A program made the position numbers and the translations under genes. A DNA stretch of 64,000 nt from Neoechinorhynchus agilis (taxonomy: Eukaryota; Animalia; Acanthocephala): positions 1,582,389 through 1,646,388 of the forward strand of contig CM121343.1 of NCBI GenBank assembly GCA_051530055.1. The letters run 5' to 3'. Below are positions 12,501 through 25,927 of the stretch, in pieces. Below the pieces are notes generated by a model, which searched no databases, was not told the DNA's origin, and worked only from the letters and a program-made list of their open reading frames with translations. Positions within the stretch are counted from its first letter, which is position 1. The number at the start of each line of letters is the position of its first letter.

Positions 12501-14204
12501 ATGACATCCATCAATTTCGATCGGCATTCCTCGACGTGCCGTCACTTGCTCAATGAATCTCTTCTGGCTACAATATTTTCCAGCCTGGACGTTAGCGACA
12601 GAATCATGTGCTCACAAGTGTGCTCCAGTTGGATGAGGGCTTGTGCTTGTGAACACGTATGGTATCGTTCTACTTTTCGATTACTGCATCCATCTGATGG
12701 AATCCTGTGCGTCATTGCTGCTAAAAATTACGGCCCGGATATTGTAGAAGCGCATTTTGAAGTGGATCAATCCTTTGACGATAACCGTAGATCCCTGTTT
12801 CGTATTTTAAGAATTCTATCAAAAATTCCAAAATCACCCCTGTTGTCAATGTCAACAAATTTCGTTGGATCAAATCCTCTCTTTTATAAATCTACGAGAT
12901 CACTTAAAGCTTTGTGTAAGTTCTTCGAAGGAGAAGAAAACACTTGGATAAGAAAAGGCCTCTTGTCGATCGATCTGGCCGGATACAATGTGCCCGTAAG
13001 TGATGCGGTAGTAGCAGCTATCGCGCTTAAACACCAAAATCTCGTTGCCATAGATTTAAAAGTTATATATTCTAAAATATCCTTTTTGGAATATATAACG
13101 TAACTGATGCTTCATTAGTAACGGGAGTTACGCCGGAATCCATTTCGATCCTTTTAAAATCATGTAGACGCTTGTGCTTAATTGCATTATCCAGGAAATC
13201 AATCTCAAATCATGTCGTACGCGATTTGTGTGACAATAACCGAACTCCACTTCAATATCTGAAAATAGATTTCAAGCGAGACGAAAAATATTCGGAAGCT
13301 GTAAACCAATGGCCGCTGCTACTATCACACCATCCTGCACTTCGGATGTCGCTTAATTTTAATCCTAGCTGCCAAACGGATCGGATCGTTGAAAATCTTA
13401 CTTATGGCCTTCCTGTATGTAAATGAACGCAACTTCTGACCGGCCCTTGATCCGCAGCATTTTCCTTTCAATGCTAGCTCTTCTTTTTCTCTAAAAGTAT
13501 TTTTATAGCGAACGAAACGGAGAAAATATCAAATTCAATATTAATTTCCGTCTAAATAAGATCCTCGATTCGCATACTTTCTCCATCTAGATTTGAACCA
13601 CAATGGATTAACTTTATATTCAATTTTAACACCCTCAGGTTTCCTAAAATTCATGAAACTACGGTTATTTTATTATATGACCAGTTCACGCTTCTTCCTA
13701 GTAGTCAATTTGCGAACTTATATAAGTATAGCTATTTGGAGGTGATGAATCAATTTCGGTAAAATTACTGCTCTCTGATAACATTTTGGGACACTTTTAC
13801 AACTAAGCTAATGCTGTGTATCATTTCTTGTGTGTATGATGTACTGCAATAAACGACTAAATTATCTTCGTTAGGTCATTCGGATTTCAATTGTGACCTC
13901 AAATCCGATGGATACGGACATTAATATCATCGCATTAAATTACGGTCACTGTCTTGAAGAATTTGAGCTAAAAATCGATCATGCTGGTATTATGAGTGCC
14001 ACAGCAAGTATAAATAAATCCATAGTGCGACTAGCACAATTATGTCACCAACTAAGCCTACTACGAATCTTTTTTGCACTGAAAAAATCGACCGTCGATT
14101 TTATTCTGAACAATCTGCCTAAGGTCGCTGTAAACTACGACACAGTACTTTATCAGGAACAGCCGGAGTATCCCAAAATGAAATGTACATTCAAGAGTGT
14201 ATAG
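12501..14204 (+). CDS. F-box/LRR-repeat protein (FBXL3/8/21-like)
   Basis: F-box LLNESLLATIFSSLDVSDRIMCSQVCSSW...VW followed by LRR-like exons (13172-13426, 13893-14204). Middle exon boundaries unresolved. Confidence 0.8.
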
Positions 14205-15014
14205 GTTTACAACAAATAAAGGTGCTACTGTAGAGTTCACGAGGTATTTGAACCATTACAAAAAAATGGAATATTGTTTGCGGCAAACGATTTGCATTTA
14301 TTTATTCAAAACGAATCATGGCCACAAATTGCAGTTCGATAACTAAAATGAGACTTTTCGGAATTAAAATTCAATATTTTCTTTGAAAATTATGAGGATC
14401 CACTATACCTTTTAACACAATCAGAGCATATAATGGCATAAAATTGCGGCGCGGTTGACAAAATCAATAATAAAGAATAACTACGATTCTAAGAAACGCT
14501 CGCCGCAAGTACTTATAGATCACAACAGCACTCGTAGTGTAAAGCATTTGTAGAGACAATCATGTCGTTCTAAATCCGTTACTATCTGAATCTGTTCGGG
14601 TTAATTCTGTAACTTTGAGTCATATTCGTCGTAAGCAACCCCTAATAGTTTCATCGTTATCATGTAAATATACTCTTAAGCCGCGTGAATTATAATAGCA
14701 AAAGAAAATTAAGCTAAACGAAAAAAAATAACAACTGCAGCAGCTAAACTTGATTTCAATCCAACTAAGCCTAGCGAAGATCATTATAAGAAACAAGCCA
14801 TAAAAATTGCAACGTAAGGACCGTACACACTGAAGAATAACTTCAAAGCAATCCCGCTATAAGCACACGATTATGGTTAACCTTAAAACATCAGAACCAA
14901 GATATGTTCGTAAAGCAACGACACGAAGGTACTGAGAAACATGAGAACAATCATTACAGTAAGCGCATGTAAGCAACATAAATAAAAACCATATTTGGAA
15001 AAGCATTAAGGTAC

Positions 15015-16832
15015 ACGCGGAAACACTTTGATAGGTAAATCGAATTTAGGAAGTAAAGAACACAAAGTAACGAATAAGTATCAATATAGTAAAGAACGCT
15101 TGTAAAAATAAACACGCATCAAACTAATAATCGCTAAGAGACGAATGTAATTAAAGGACAGGAACGCGCAGAGAAATATTGGAACGAATATCCCAGTATG
15201 CAAATGTATAGGAACATTGATCAAAACACAGCGAAACACTATTGTGAGGAAAGTGAATTAAGAACGCAAAGCAACGAATAAGCACAGATTCAGTTTTTAA
15301 AGACCGGCGAAATGGGATAAGCGCAATAGTAATAATCGATAAGAAACGATTGTTAAGAAAAGGCAGGTACGCGCAGAGAAATATTACAAAAAATATTCTA
15401 GCATGAACATAGAATCAACACTAATCAAGTGAATATTTCGAAAAAACCACGAAGGCAAACCGGGAAACAATTTGATAGGTAAATAGAATTAAGGCAGTAA
15501 AGAACACAAAGTAACGAATAAGTATCAATATAGTAAAGAGCGCTTGTAAAAATAAACACGCATCAAACTAATTATCGCTAAGAGACGAATGTAAATAAAG
15601 GACAGGAACGCGCAGAGAAAAATTGGAACGGATATCCCAGTATGCAAAGGTATAGGGACATTGATCAAAACACTGCGAAACACTATTATGAGGAAAGTGA
15701 ATTAAGAACGCAAAAAAACGAATAAGCACAGATTCAGTTTTTAAAGATCGGCGAAATGGGATAAGCGCAATAGTTATAATCGATAAGAAACGATTGTAAA
15801 GAAAAGGCAGGTACGCGCAGAGAAATGTTACAACAAATATTCCAGTATGAACATAGAATCAACACTAATCAAGTGAATATTTCGAGAAAACAACTAAGGT
15901 AAACTGGGAAACAATTTGAAAGGTAAATCGAATTTAGGAAGTAAAGAACACAAAGTAATGAATAAGTATCAATATAGTAAAGAACGCTTGTAAAAATAAA
16001 CATGCATCAAACTAATAATCGCTAAGAGACGAATGTAAATAAAGGACAGGAACGCGCAGGGAAATATTGGAACGGATATCCCAGTATGCAAATGTATAGG
16101 AACATTGATCAAAAAACTGCGAAACACTATTATGAGGAAAGTGAATTAAGAACGCAAAGCAACGAATAAGCACAGATTCAGTTTTTAAAGATCGGCGAAA
16201 TGGGATAAGCGCAATAGTAATAATAGACAAGAAACGATTGTAACGAAAAGGCAGGAACGCGCAGAGAAATGTTACAACAAATATTTCAGTATGAACATAG
16301 AATCAACACTAATCAAGTGAATATTTCGAGAAAACAACTAAGGTAAACTGGGAAACAATTTGAAAGGTAAATCGAATTTAGGAAGTAAAGAACACAAAGT
16401 AACGAATAAGTATCAATATAGTAAAGAACGCTTGTAAAAATAAACACGCATCAAACTAATTATCGCTAAGAGACGAATGTAAATAAAGGACAGGAACGCG
16501 CAGAGAAATATTGGAACGGATATCCCAGTATGCAAAGGTATAGGAACATTGATCAAAAAACTGCGAAACACTATTATGAGGAAAGTGAATTAAGAACGCA
16601 AAAAAACGAATAAGCACAGATTCAGTTTTTAAAGATCGGAGAAATGGAATAAGCGCAATAGTAATAATCGACAAGAAACGATTGTAACGAAAAGGCAGGT
16701 ACGCGCAGAGAAATGTTACAACAAATATTTCAGTATGAACATAGAATCAACACTAATCAAGTTAATATTTCGAGAAAACAACTAAGGTAAACTGGGAAAC
16801 AATTTGAAAGGTAAATCGAATTTAGGAAGTAA
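15015..16832. repeat. Tandem array, 444-bp unit, about 4.1 copies
   Basis: Unit starts recur at about 15021, 15465, 15908, 16352 and 16794; paired ORFs 16012/16456 are offset by exactly 444. Strongly A-rich on the + strand. Confidence 0.95.
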
Positions 16833-16997
16833 GGAGCGCCTCGGTACGAAACGAATGTTAAGAAACGACAGTAACGCATTGATAAACTCTCGAGCAAACA
16901 CAAGCCCATGGAAACAAACGGACACAGGAAAATTACCTATGAAAGATGCTGAAGGTTGTCGTTTGGTTTTTTCATCTGAATAGACATACGAAAGAAT

Positions 16998-17134
16998 CAA
17001 TTTCAATTAGCGATATTCACTCAGAAATAGATTTATATTAAACTTACAAACAATCTGACTGAAGAAGGCCAACGAAAAAGCCGAAAATTTTCAATATAAA
17101 TCTATTTCTTAGTGGATATCGCTAATTGAAATTG
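16998..17134 (+). repeat. 42-bp inverted repeat enclosing a hammerhead-like motif (solo Penelope pLTR-like)
   Basis: Arms 16998-17039 and 17093-17134. The spacer holds CTGAAGA-A-GGC...GCC-GAAA-AT-TT. Confidence 0.6.
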
Positions 17135-17199
17135 AAACAATAATGATTAATTTCTTTACAATACGAAAGAATTGTGGCGTGGTCGCTTCTTAAATGCTA

Positions 17200-18110
17200 G
17201 TTTTTATTCCATGAACAATGAGCGTATGGTTTCGGGATCTCGAAAATCGTTTTTAACGCATGCAGGTCGAGTAGGTCCCAGTATGGAAATTCGTTGACGG
17301 GACAATTAAGAATAAATTCGGTTTCTGTGCATATTGGGTAAAAATCGGGATCCGTAAGACTAAGAATGCATTGTGGCACATTCTTACAAAAGTAGTGACG
17401 ACGCACGCTTTTGTCGATCCACACATCACCAAAATTATACTTTGACTAACCCGAAGGATTTTCTGTCGATGATTAATTTGTTTAACGTTAAAATCATTCT
17501 TTTTGAACGCCTTCATTTTCCGATGCTTCATTTTTTCGTATACCGACAGTCATGTCTTCAACCTAATAATAACACGTTTTATTTGTTGATTCACAAAGAA
17601 GAGAACCCATGTACCTTTGGGTCCTCATGAACACTCGAGTTCTGATTGGAAAATGAAACTGGCTATTGATTATAAAGTGGATTACGAGTCCTGGCGGGCG
17701 GCAATATTCGGTTGGGTTGGAAGATCCGTTCTGATGGGAATTGGTGGTTATTGTTCGCAGAAGCGCTTGTAAGGTTGGTTTTTCCTCAGATTCATTTCAG
17801 GTTATGATATTCGAGAAGACTGGGCGGCATGGAAAAGGAGCGTAAGTATAGGGAGGTGCGAAGTCGAAAGAGGAAAAAACGAATTAGGATTACGAGTGTT
17901 GTTCTCGTGTGAAAAGGGAGCGATATGTGGAAGATATTGTGGTGGTAGGGCTGAGAGGCGTTATGAAGTTAGCTGTTCAAATTTATATGCTCTTTTATGA
18001 AGAATTTCAAGACGGCGGATTAGCGATTTTGAAGTTTGCAAAATACGGGATAACCGTAGGTGAGGGATGGTAAGACAAAGCAGTCATGGCGGTCGATGAG
18101 GGCATTCTTA
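17200..18110 (-). mobile_element. Highly degenerate LINE 3' end (I/Jockey-like)
   Basis: Remnant motifs FLFRLRT and PICTETEFILNCP (CCHC-like). Many stops. Confidence 0.3.
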
Positions 18111-18128
18111 TCACACTGCAATATTTGA

Positions 18129-19582
18129 AAAGATAGTTCATCATTGTTTTGTTCGAGTGGAGAAAGTAATTAAATTTAATTAAATTAAATATTTCGATCC
18201 TCTATCTTGGATCTTCTTTAGTATCTGAAAAACACAAACAGGGATTGTCAATCACTTAGTGTCTAATAATATCCGGCGGAAGTCTCAATCTCAGCTTGAA
18301 ATCCGACTTGTTGCCATTGAACGTTTCGAAAGCATCTATGTAGAGGGCTTCCACGATAATTCGATCGAAACGACAATCGTTGCAAACGATGGTAGTCGCA
18401 CCACTAAAATCGATAGTGTGCCCTGTGTTTTTTGCATGGGTCACCGCTGCGGAACTGATGTCCGTATTGCGTGCAATTGATGACCTGTGCTCGTTCATTC
18501 GTCGGTTGAAATTATTGGTCTTTCCCACATAGACCTGTTCGCAACCGGAACACGGAATTCGGTAGACCGCACCAGATGAGTGTTGGCCATTCTTGGGACA
18601 TATCAGTCCAAGTAGATTGCGACCCCTCTTAGTGAATACATCTACTCGTTTGGCCTCACATTCCGATTTGATGATGCGCTCCATTGTATGAAACGAGCGA
18701 TCATCAGGAAATGGCAGCTCGACAAACATCGCTTCCTTTGTTGACTTCGTTTCCTTGTTGAAGGTGTGGCGTACATTCCGAATGCACCGTTCAACAAGAT
18801 GGAGTGGATAGCCATATCGACCTGATAGGTATTTCAGGAAGTCAATCTCCTCATTACACAGCCTAGCGTCGCTACAGTGTGTAAGAGCGCGGTGGACCAG
18901 TTACCTGATCCTCGAAATTTTGTATTTGCGAGGTTGGGCTGATGTCCATGGCACAAGGCCCACAGGTATACCTTTCCTTCGGTATACGCTGGTCGTGTAT
19001 TTTCCACTGGCTAATCGGTATATCCACACATCCAGGAACGGAAACTTACCATGGTCCTCCTCCTCGATCGTCCACTGAATATTACTGTCCATCCCATTCA
19101 GTTCGTGTTGAAGGCGGTCCATATTCGTCTCCGACGGGTCGATCAACAAGAACGTGTCATCCACATATCTGAACCAGATCTTCACCCCTGTATCGGCGAC
19201 AAATGTTCGCTCTCCCAGTGCCGCATATATAGCTCAGCAAGCACATGGGCTAATGGGCTGCCCATCGTTACTCCATCTTTTTGATCATAGTCGATACCGT
19301 TGAACTGGAAGTTGCAGAATCTGGTACAAAACTGCAATAGCTTTCGCCAGTCGCTTATAGTTAACTTCCATTCAGCATTAGTGGACAGGAGTGGAACTGC
19401 GAGGTCTATTGCCACATCCACAGGAATTTTGGTGAAGAGGGAGATCACATCTGCCGACATCATCCTATACTGGGAATTCCAAAATGTTTCCAATCCTTTT
19501 CAGATACTGAAGAAGATCCGAGATAGAGGATCGAAATATTTAATTTAATTAAATTTAATTACTTTCTCCACTCGAACAAAAC
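18129..19582 (-). mobile_element. 5'-truncated Penelope-like element (RT + GIY-YIG) with inverted pLTR and 12-bp TSD
   Basis: ORF pieces 19182-19493 (SLFTKIP, GVTMGSPL), 18901-19185 (RYVDD, FLDV), 18256-18729 (GAVYRIPC..C..YVGKT). 86-bp inverted repeats 18146-18231/19497-19582. TGCAATATTTGA duplicated at 18117-18128 and 19583-19594. Contains a frameshift and a premature stop. Confidence 0.93.
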
Positions 19583-20949
19583 TGCAATATTTGACATTCC
19601 TCTCGTGTTTTAGTCGCGTCAGCATCCTTAAGCTCATCTTCTAAGAAATATTTTACTCACATTTTTATCTTGTCTTTAAAAACATGGCATTACTAAGCAG
19701 TTTGAATGTCTAAACTTTTGGTTTTGTTTGATGATTGAGTTGGTCATGTTTTTTTATGGATGAAAACATCGAAGTAATTTATTGAATCCGATTGTTCGCG
19801 GCAAGACACATTCATAGCTTTTATCAATGTTGTTTTCTGAAAAACTTGTATTTTTTTCTCAAAGCCATTCTGAGAAAGTTCCACGCAGAGGACGAAATAT
19901 TAATCAAATTAAATCAATTTTTTTTATTTCGTCTGACCGATAACAATTCCATAAATTACTTAAATTTTTTCAACGAAGCTCCTTCCATAAGTTGGGAATA
20001 AAACAAATAGGTCAACGCCCCCAGAAATGTGGACAGAATTCTTTATTATTTCTTGGATACTCTGCCCTCCCTCCATTAAAGAACACATTATGACTATTTG
20101 ATTTAAATGAATACTAATAACTTTGCTTTGAAACGCTGAAATTGTATTTTAAACTATTTCCAACTGTATACAATAATATGTTAAGTTCTACGTTGAGTGT
20201 TTCCTACGTTTTACACCCGGCATTGCCTCTCTGTCCTCACGAATATAACTTTGTTTTAACGTTCAACAGTAAAATCACCGCCAATTCTATAGGACGTTTT
20301 GTTTTAATCTAATTCCAAATACTTTGAACAACATACTCATAATCGGGGGACTGTTCACCGTTCACGTTGCAGATGGGCTCACTACCACCGACAACAAGTC
20401 ATTATTTAGTTCAATTTCCAATACAACATCCATCAAAACGTGTAACCATAATTCCAACCTTCAAATGACTTAAAAACCAGCATCTTTATTTTTCACATTC
20501 ATTATTCTGTCGATCGTTACGTTCACGAATTCTTTATCACTGGATATGAAGGTATTCTTTTTTTCAACAGCTCTTATTCCATAATGATAAAACTTTCAAT
20601 CCATAACGTTGTCCAGTTCCAGTCAAATCTTTTCTCGTCTCCGTCAACTTCTTGGCTATTCTCTTCTTTGTTTATAACGAGTGGTGTAAGAAGAGATTTT
20701 AACGATACGCGGCTGAATTGTGGGCATATCGCCACTGATTTTGATTAGGAAAGCACTGGCCTCCGCTCAGCTGTGTATCGTTAAAAGATCATCATACATC
20801 ACTCGTTAAAAAGGGTAACTTGCTGAACCACGTATATGACGTTAAAATTCCCAAAGCTGAATCGAAGTTTGTACATTCCGTAGTTGTGCTGAAGTGATCA
20901 AGTTGACTAAAGCACCTGATCCCAGCTTGGGTCAAAAGGTTAGAAACCG

Positions 20950-21140
20950 CTACAGCTGATGATCCACAACCAAAGGGGACGAAATACTGCTGAAAGGAGG
21001 AGGAAACTCACTGATGAGTCCCACCTCCTCGGGAGGTATCTGACGATCCGGAGGGATGTACAAACTTATAACTGTACGGGCATGGCCATTGAGTGCAAAC
21101 AAGCGCTTCCCTGGCCAAATCGGTGGGATGTGTGCCCATA
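20950..21140 (-). mobile_element. Fragment of an APE endonuclease from an I/Jockey-type LINE
   Basis: Minus strand reads RTVISLYIPPD...LISEFPPPF, resembling the ICSxYxPP...LPxPF segment of APE. Confidence 0.45.
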
Positions 21141-21485
21141 ATTCAGTTGTGTATTGTTAAAGAATCATCTTACATCACTCGTTAAAAAATGCAACTCTCG
21201 ATTTTCCTTTTGGTACTTAATCGAAAGTCAAATTCTAGCGAATGAGAGTGATGATAACGCCTTAGACAAATCCTGAAAATTCCGTGAACCTTTCTGTAGT
21301 GACTATCCTGAATTCAAACCTTGCTTTAATTTGAGCTTTCTTGTTTGTCTTGTAGATAAAGTTTAAAGATTTTGAATTTTAACAGGTTGTCTTCAGCAGA
21401 GGTAAGTTTTTATAGTTTTTGAATATTGATGAATTTTGGAATATATTCGTTAGTTTTCAATCAGCAGGGACTCTCGACTACATTG

Positions 21486-21875
21486 ATGGGAACAGAGGGA
21501 TCCAGTAACAAGAATGAAACGAGATTAGAAGCGGATAACATGGTTGGAGATTTAATGCAATTACGAGTCTCAAAATCATCATATGAACGACCCATTTCTA
21601 AATTAGCTGATGATGTTGTTCAGTACATTTCATCCCTAGCTCATTTGGTTGAAATGAAACAATGTGAAATAAAACGACTAATGGAAACGATCGAATCTCG
21701 TATTATGAAACGGAAAAGAGTGAATGCGATCAAGCAAAAACAGAATATAAATGTCGCCTTAAAACAATTGTCGGAAATTAAATTTATGGTCAAGCGTATA
21801 TTATCACTCACTAGAGGAATTGTTGGCATGCTTCAAGAAATCGATGATTTTTGCAAAGAGCGGGACAAACTTTGA
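21486..21875 (+). CDS. Small coiled-coil protein, possibly Snapin/Pallidin (BLOC-1) family
   Basis: Open 129-codon frame after a likely 5'UTR intron (GTAAGT about 21402 to CAG about 21463). The helical pattern and size resemble BLOC-1 subunits; family assignment is weak. Confidence 0.4.
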   Translation: MGTEGSSNKNETRLEADNMVGDLMQLRVSKSSYERPISKLADDVVQYISSLAHLVEMKQCEIKRLMETIESRIMKRKRVNAIKQKQNINVALKQLSEIKFMVKRILSLTRGIVGMLQEIDDFCKERDKL

Positions 21876-22138
21876 GCAAATCGATCAGTGTGGTTAATAC
21901 GTCAGTTCTAAAAACACCCTTAATTTTTAATTCGAATGAGTTTTCCTTATCAATAAGAACGTTGCGTGTTTCAAAGTAAAGCTTGTTCTTTACTAGATCC
22001 TGAACACTTTGTCAGACTTATCTACTTAGCGGCATCCCAGTGAAAAAACTAAGGTATTTAAATGCTTCGGAGACTTTTAAGGAGATTGGAAAAAATCCAA
22101 AATGTTTGTTCTTTATAATTGTTTAGGGCTCGCTCACA

Positions 22139-25100
22139 AACTATTATATGCCTAGACGTCCTTGTCCTCAATTGTCGCCCGAATGCTTGCAGTGTTGCCT
22201 CTCAACACTGCGATGCTGATATTTTGTATCAGGTATTGACCTGACCTTGCATCGCCGGTTGTAACCTGAAGGCGTCGCTTCAGATCCTTCAGAAGTTGAA
22301 GAGCCTCGCTACCAAGAGATCCGTAGGTCTCAACCCCAAAAGGTGCAAACACATGGTCCCGGGCTAAATCGAGGTATTTCGCCATTTTCCGTCCTTCCGC
22401 CGCGCTCGCTGCACCTCCAGCTTGAATTACCGAGAACTTGAGATTGCTGGCTGCGAGTGTATCGACACAAGTGGCGTCCCAGAGGAGGCATTTACCCTCC
22501 CGCCACGAAAATACGGTCATCCCATCAGGTCTACGCCCGTCGTCTCGACAGAGGTATAAAGGCTCCAAAATATTGGGGGCATGTACCGTAACAAGTGCCC
22601 GGCTCAGCACCATGTTAATTTCGGCATGTCGTGCGAATCTACCGGCTGATTTTCTACAGATGAGACCATGACGTTCCGACGAATCCATATTTGCACCGCA
22701 GCGGCAACGGTGGGGATGACACATCGGTAGTCCTAGTCTCATTGAAACTCCGACCCGTACTGCCTCGTTGGAGAGGAGAGTACCCACGGATGCCAGCGGG
22801 ACCGCATTCAACCAAGCACCTGATTCTTTAGTGGAGACTGCCAACAACCTGGCACGGACAACGTCGTCGCTTGAGTCTGATGAGATAGAGCTTCGAACTC
22901 TTGCGACGAGAGGCCTACACAGATTGTTTTTAGCCATTCACAGGTACTTGATCGGAGTTGGTCAGTGTACACCACTCACTGATTCCCTCTTCAAAATGCC
23001 TATCAAGAAGATAAGTAGATTTCAAAATGAACTGAATTGCGCTTCTGCTTCCCTCATAGGAGCCTAAAAATGCGGGCAGGGATATGTCTGCTGTTTTCCG
23101 GATGCCCAACCCGCCAGAAGATACAGGCAAGGATGCTTGTCGCCATGCCTCTTCTGACAACTGCACATTTAAAACTTGCTCAAGACAGTCCTTCAATCTG
23201 TTATTTAGCTTGCCAAGCTGAACCTCGTGCTTGAAAAACGGCGCAGTGCGTAGAGCATAAAGGAACTTGGGGATGAAGAGGGTATTCTTTATCAAGAACA
23301 GAGCCTCGTGTGATCCAAGCTCAAAGACCCTATTGCAAAGCACCGATAATTTCTCTAGAAGGCTGTTAATTTCTTGTTCGACATTCCCATCAAAGACGCA
23401 ACTGCCCAAAATCTTAAGCCGGCCAAGGTCGATCATTTCTATCCCGGGTGCAACATTTTCAAAGTCGCACTTTATTTCGTCTTTTGCAGCACCCCTCTCT
23501 ATATTACAGAATAGAATTTCGCATTTTTCTGTGCTCAATTCAATACCTAGCTTACTTGCCTCTATCTTGATTTTCTCCAGGTCACGAAGAACTACCTGGG
23601 GATCGCCTCCTAGCGTAACATCGTCCAGGTACCAGGCATTGAATTCCGCATCACGAGAGTGCGCTAATTCGTTTATTGTGAGCTCGAAACCAATGGGACC
23701 TAACGGGTCTCCCTATTGAACGCCTCTTTCGGAAGGAATGATGTGATCGTTGAATACAAGAGGGGTCGCAGCTCCGTACGAATTTCTAAAATACCCGTAA
23801 GCCTCCGGTACGTGGTCTCTGACAGCTTTTAAAAGCGAATCGCGATTAGCGGAATTGAAGGCGTTCCGGAAATCTAATTTCAGGATCACACAAGGTTTGG
23901 CGTTCTCAATAACAAATGTACGGAGTGCGTGGACTATGGCTTCCGCCCTACAAGACGTGCAGCAACCTAGTTGAACTGGACAAAGAATTTCAGCAACACG
24001 TTCTGATATTCGCCGAGAAATCACTTTCCCTGCTAGTCGCCTCAATGTAGAGCCGATCGCGATGGGACGAATCCATCAAAAAACAATTCGATCGCTTTGG
24101 GGGGCAGGTCGTCTCCATAAAAAACGCCGACTAACCAAGTCAAGGCGTTCAGGAGAGCATGGGATGGATCACCTACGGAGAAGGACATCATGTCCTTTAG
24201 ATGCTGAGGCCGAAGCCCGTCGAGCCCCTGTTGCTGACCCATTTGCGAACGAAGAAACGGCTTTACTAACTACATCAACCGAAAACTCTAACGGGGTGCA
24301 CGAGGGGATCATCTCCGAATATTCTAGGTAATCGGTGGATCGAGGATGTTTCTCTCTGAGAAGTTGGAGAGTTTTCGCATCATCTCTTGCGAATTATAAA
24401 AACACGTTTTATTAATTTAAGAAAAGCACGATCCACACACTTGCCAGCATCTATCATTGCTGAAGGTGTCTGGATGTCGGATGTTGAGGCAAGGGAGGTG
24501 GGACTTATCATTAAAGGAGTTTTAATGTGCGATCGGAAGCTTTGTACAGGAGATGACCGATTGGGAGTCTTTCCTTGTTCTCCGGTTATTAAGGAAAGAT
24601 TGGGCTTGGGGGAAGAAAGACTTTTGGTAGAGGGTGGTAAGAGCGAGGGGAGGGTTGAAAGAGGTTGGGGTTACCGAGGGAAGAGTATTTAGAGATGAGG
24701 GAAGAAAATTGTGGAGGGGTTGAAGAAGACGGAGGGTGTTATTGGAGAAAATGGAGTGGAGGTGGGCGTCGAGGGGAGGGGCTGAAGTCCCGCATATTCT
24801 CGCTGAATGGATAGCATTGACGGAAAGGGCGATGAAAGTGGGGAAGGCGATTCGTTGGTGGATGATAGAATGTGAACCGCGCCTCTCACATCACCATCGG
24901 TGAGTTTAGAAGACACTCTCTGGGTCACTGAACGGGTTGAAACTCGACCAGGATTCGGTGGCTTTGAGAAATCTCCCCTAAAAACGCGAGCTTTGCGTAA
25001 GACCTCTCCAAAGGAGTTGTCGAAGGAGGACACCCAATTTTTGATGAGGGTAACAAGGGACTCGTCAGATGGTACTCTTGCACAAAGTACCAATCTCGGG

Positions 25101-25714
25101 AATGAGAAAAGGCGTGTAAAAGATATCTCGGTATTTGTCTCGAGACAGTCGCTCAGCAGGGCTGAATACCTCTTCGCTACATGAAATCGAGCGCCCTTTG
25201 GAATCCGCTTCAGGATGTTTCTGGGCAAAACCCGCACGATCTCCAGCAACGAAGGGGTGCAATGGACGATGTTTTGGATGTTCTGAGGAGGTTCATTCAG
25301 CTGAGGAGCAGAGCTTGCCAGCAGAAGGGTGGGACCAACACATCGAGAATCCTTCGGGCCGTGAGTCCGAAATTCTCCCGATTTCGTAATTTTGATCTGC
25401 TTGTCACAAACCGGGCAATTATGTGTTACGACCTTCGGATCTCCGGCAGCGTTGGCCTCACCTCCCAGAGTACTTGAAATTTCCGTTTGCCGCTTGCTCT
25501 CAACCGGTTGTTCGGATCAAAGTTGATTTTGTGAATTTGCAGCGTCGGTCCTCTCGTGATCCGCGTGATTAACAGGTGGCACGTCGAGGTGGCCTGCGTC
25601 AGCAGCGTCGGGCGTGGGTGGTGCGACGTGCGGCGAATGGTGGTTTGCTGAGATAGTTAAGTCCCGAGTGGAGTTGGTTAACATAAGCTAAATCAAAGAA
25701 TACATTTTGATGGT
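22139..25714 (-). mobile_element. CRE-clade non-LTR retrotransposon (RT + restriction-like endonuclease), near full length, inactivated
   Basis: N-terminal C2HC finger CPVCDK...THGPKDSRC, LKRIPKGAR, GLRPQHL, LDFRNAFN, GVQ/QGDPLGP, WYLDD, ASLPVSSGGLGIR, CHPHRCRCG...HGLIC, RRPDG, WDATC, ETYG, VLRGN. Several frameshifts. A possible degenerate TSD GCTCG(C/T)TCACA at 22128-22138 and 25715-25725. Confidence 0.92.
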
Positions 25715-25927
25715 GCTCGTTCACATTTTGCAAAGTCCTCAGTTCTTCCTAAAACATTCTTTTTGAGATTTCACACTTAAGATCGTCCACTTTTTACATT
25801 ATCTGTTGATGCAATCAAAAACATCGTTGATTGGGTTAATTCTTTTGATAGGCATAACTTTTGTTCAGGTTATGTTTTCGGAAATGTACACTTGGCCGGG
25901 CTGTTGTAATGATAAGGAAAATCTTTA

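Noticed and set aside
16012-16674. Two similar hydrophobic 72-aa ORFs
   Set aside because: Products of the T-rich strand of the 444-bp repeat; the surrounding frame has stops in every unit.
15015-16832. CRISPR-like or prokaryotic repeat system
   Set aside because: Eukaryotic intron-containing context; the whole unit repeats with no unique spacers, and there are no cas genes.
20976-21030. GGGAC-GAAA...CTGATGA-GTCCC looks like a permuted (type II) hammerhead
   Set aside because: No NUH triplet or stem III in register, and the opposite strand reads as an APE endonuclease fragment.
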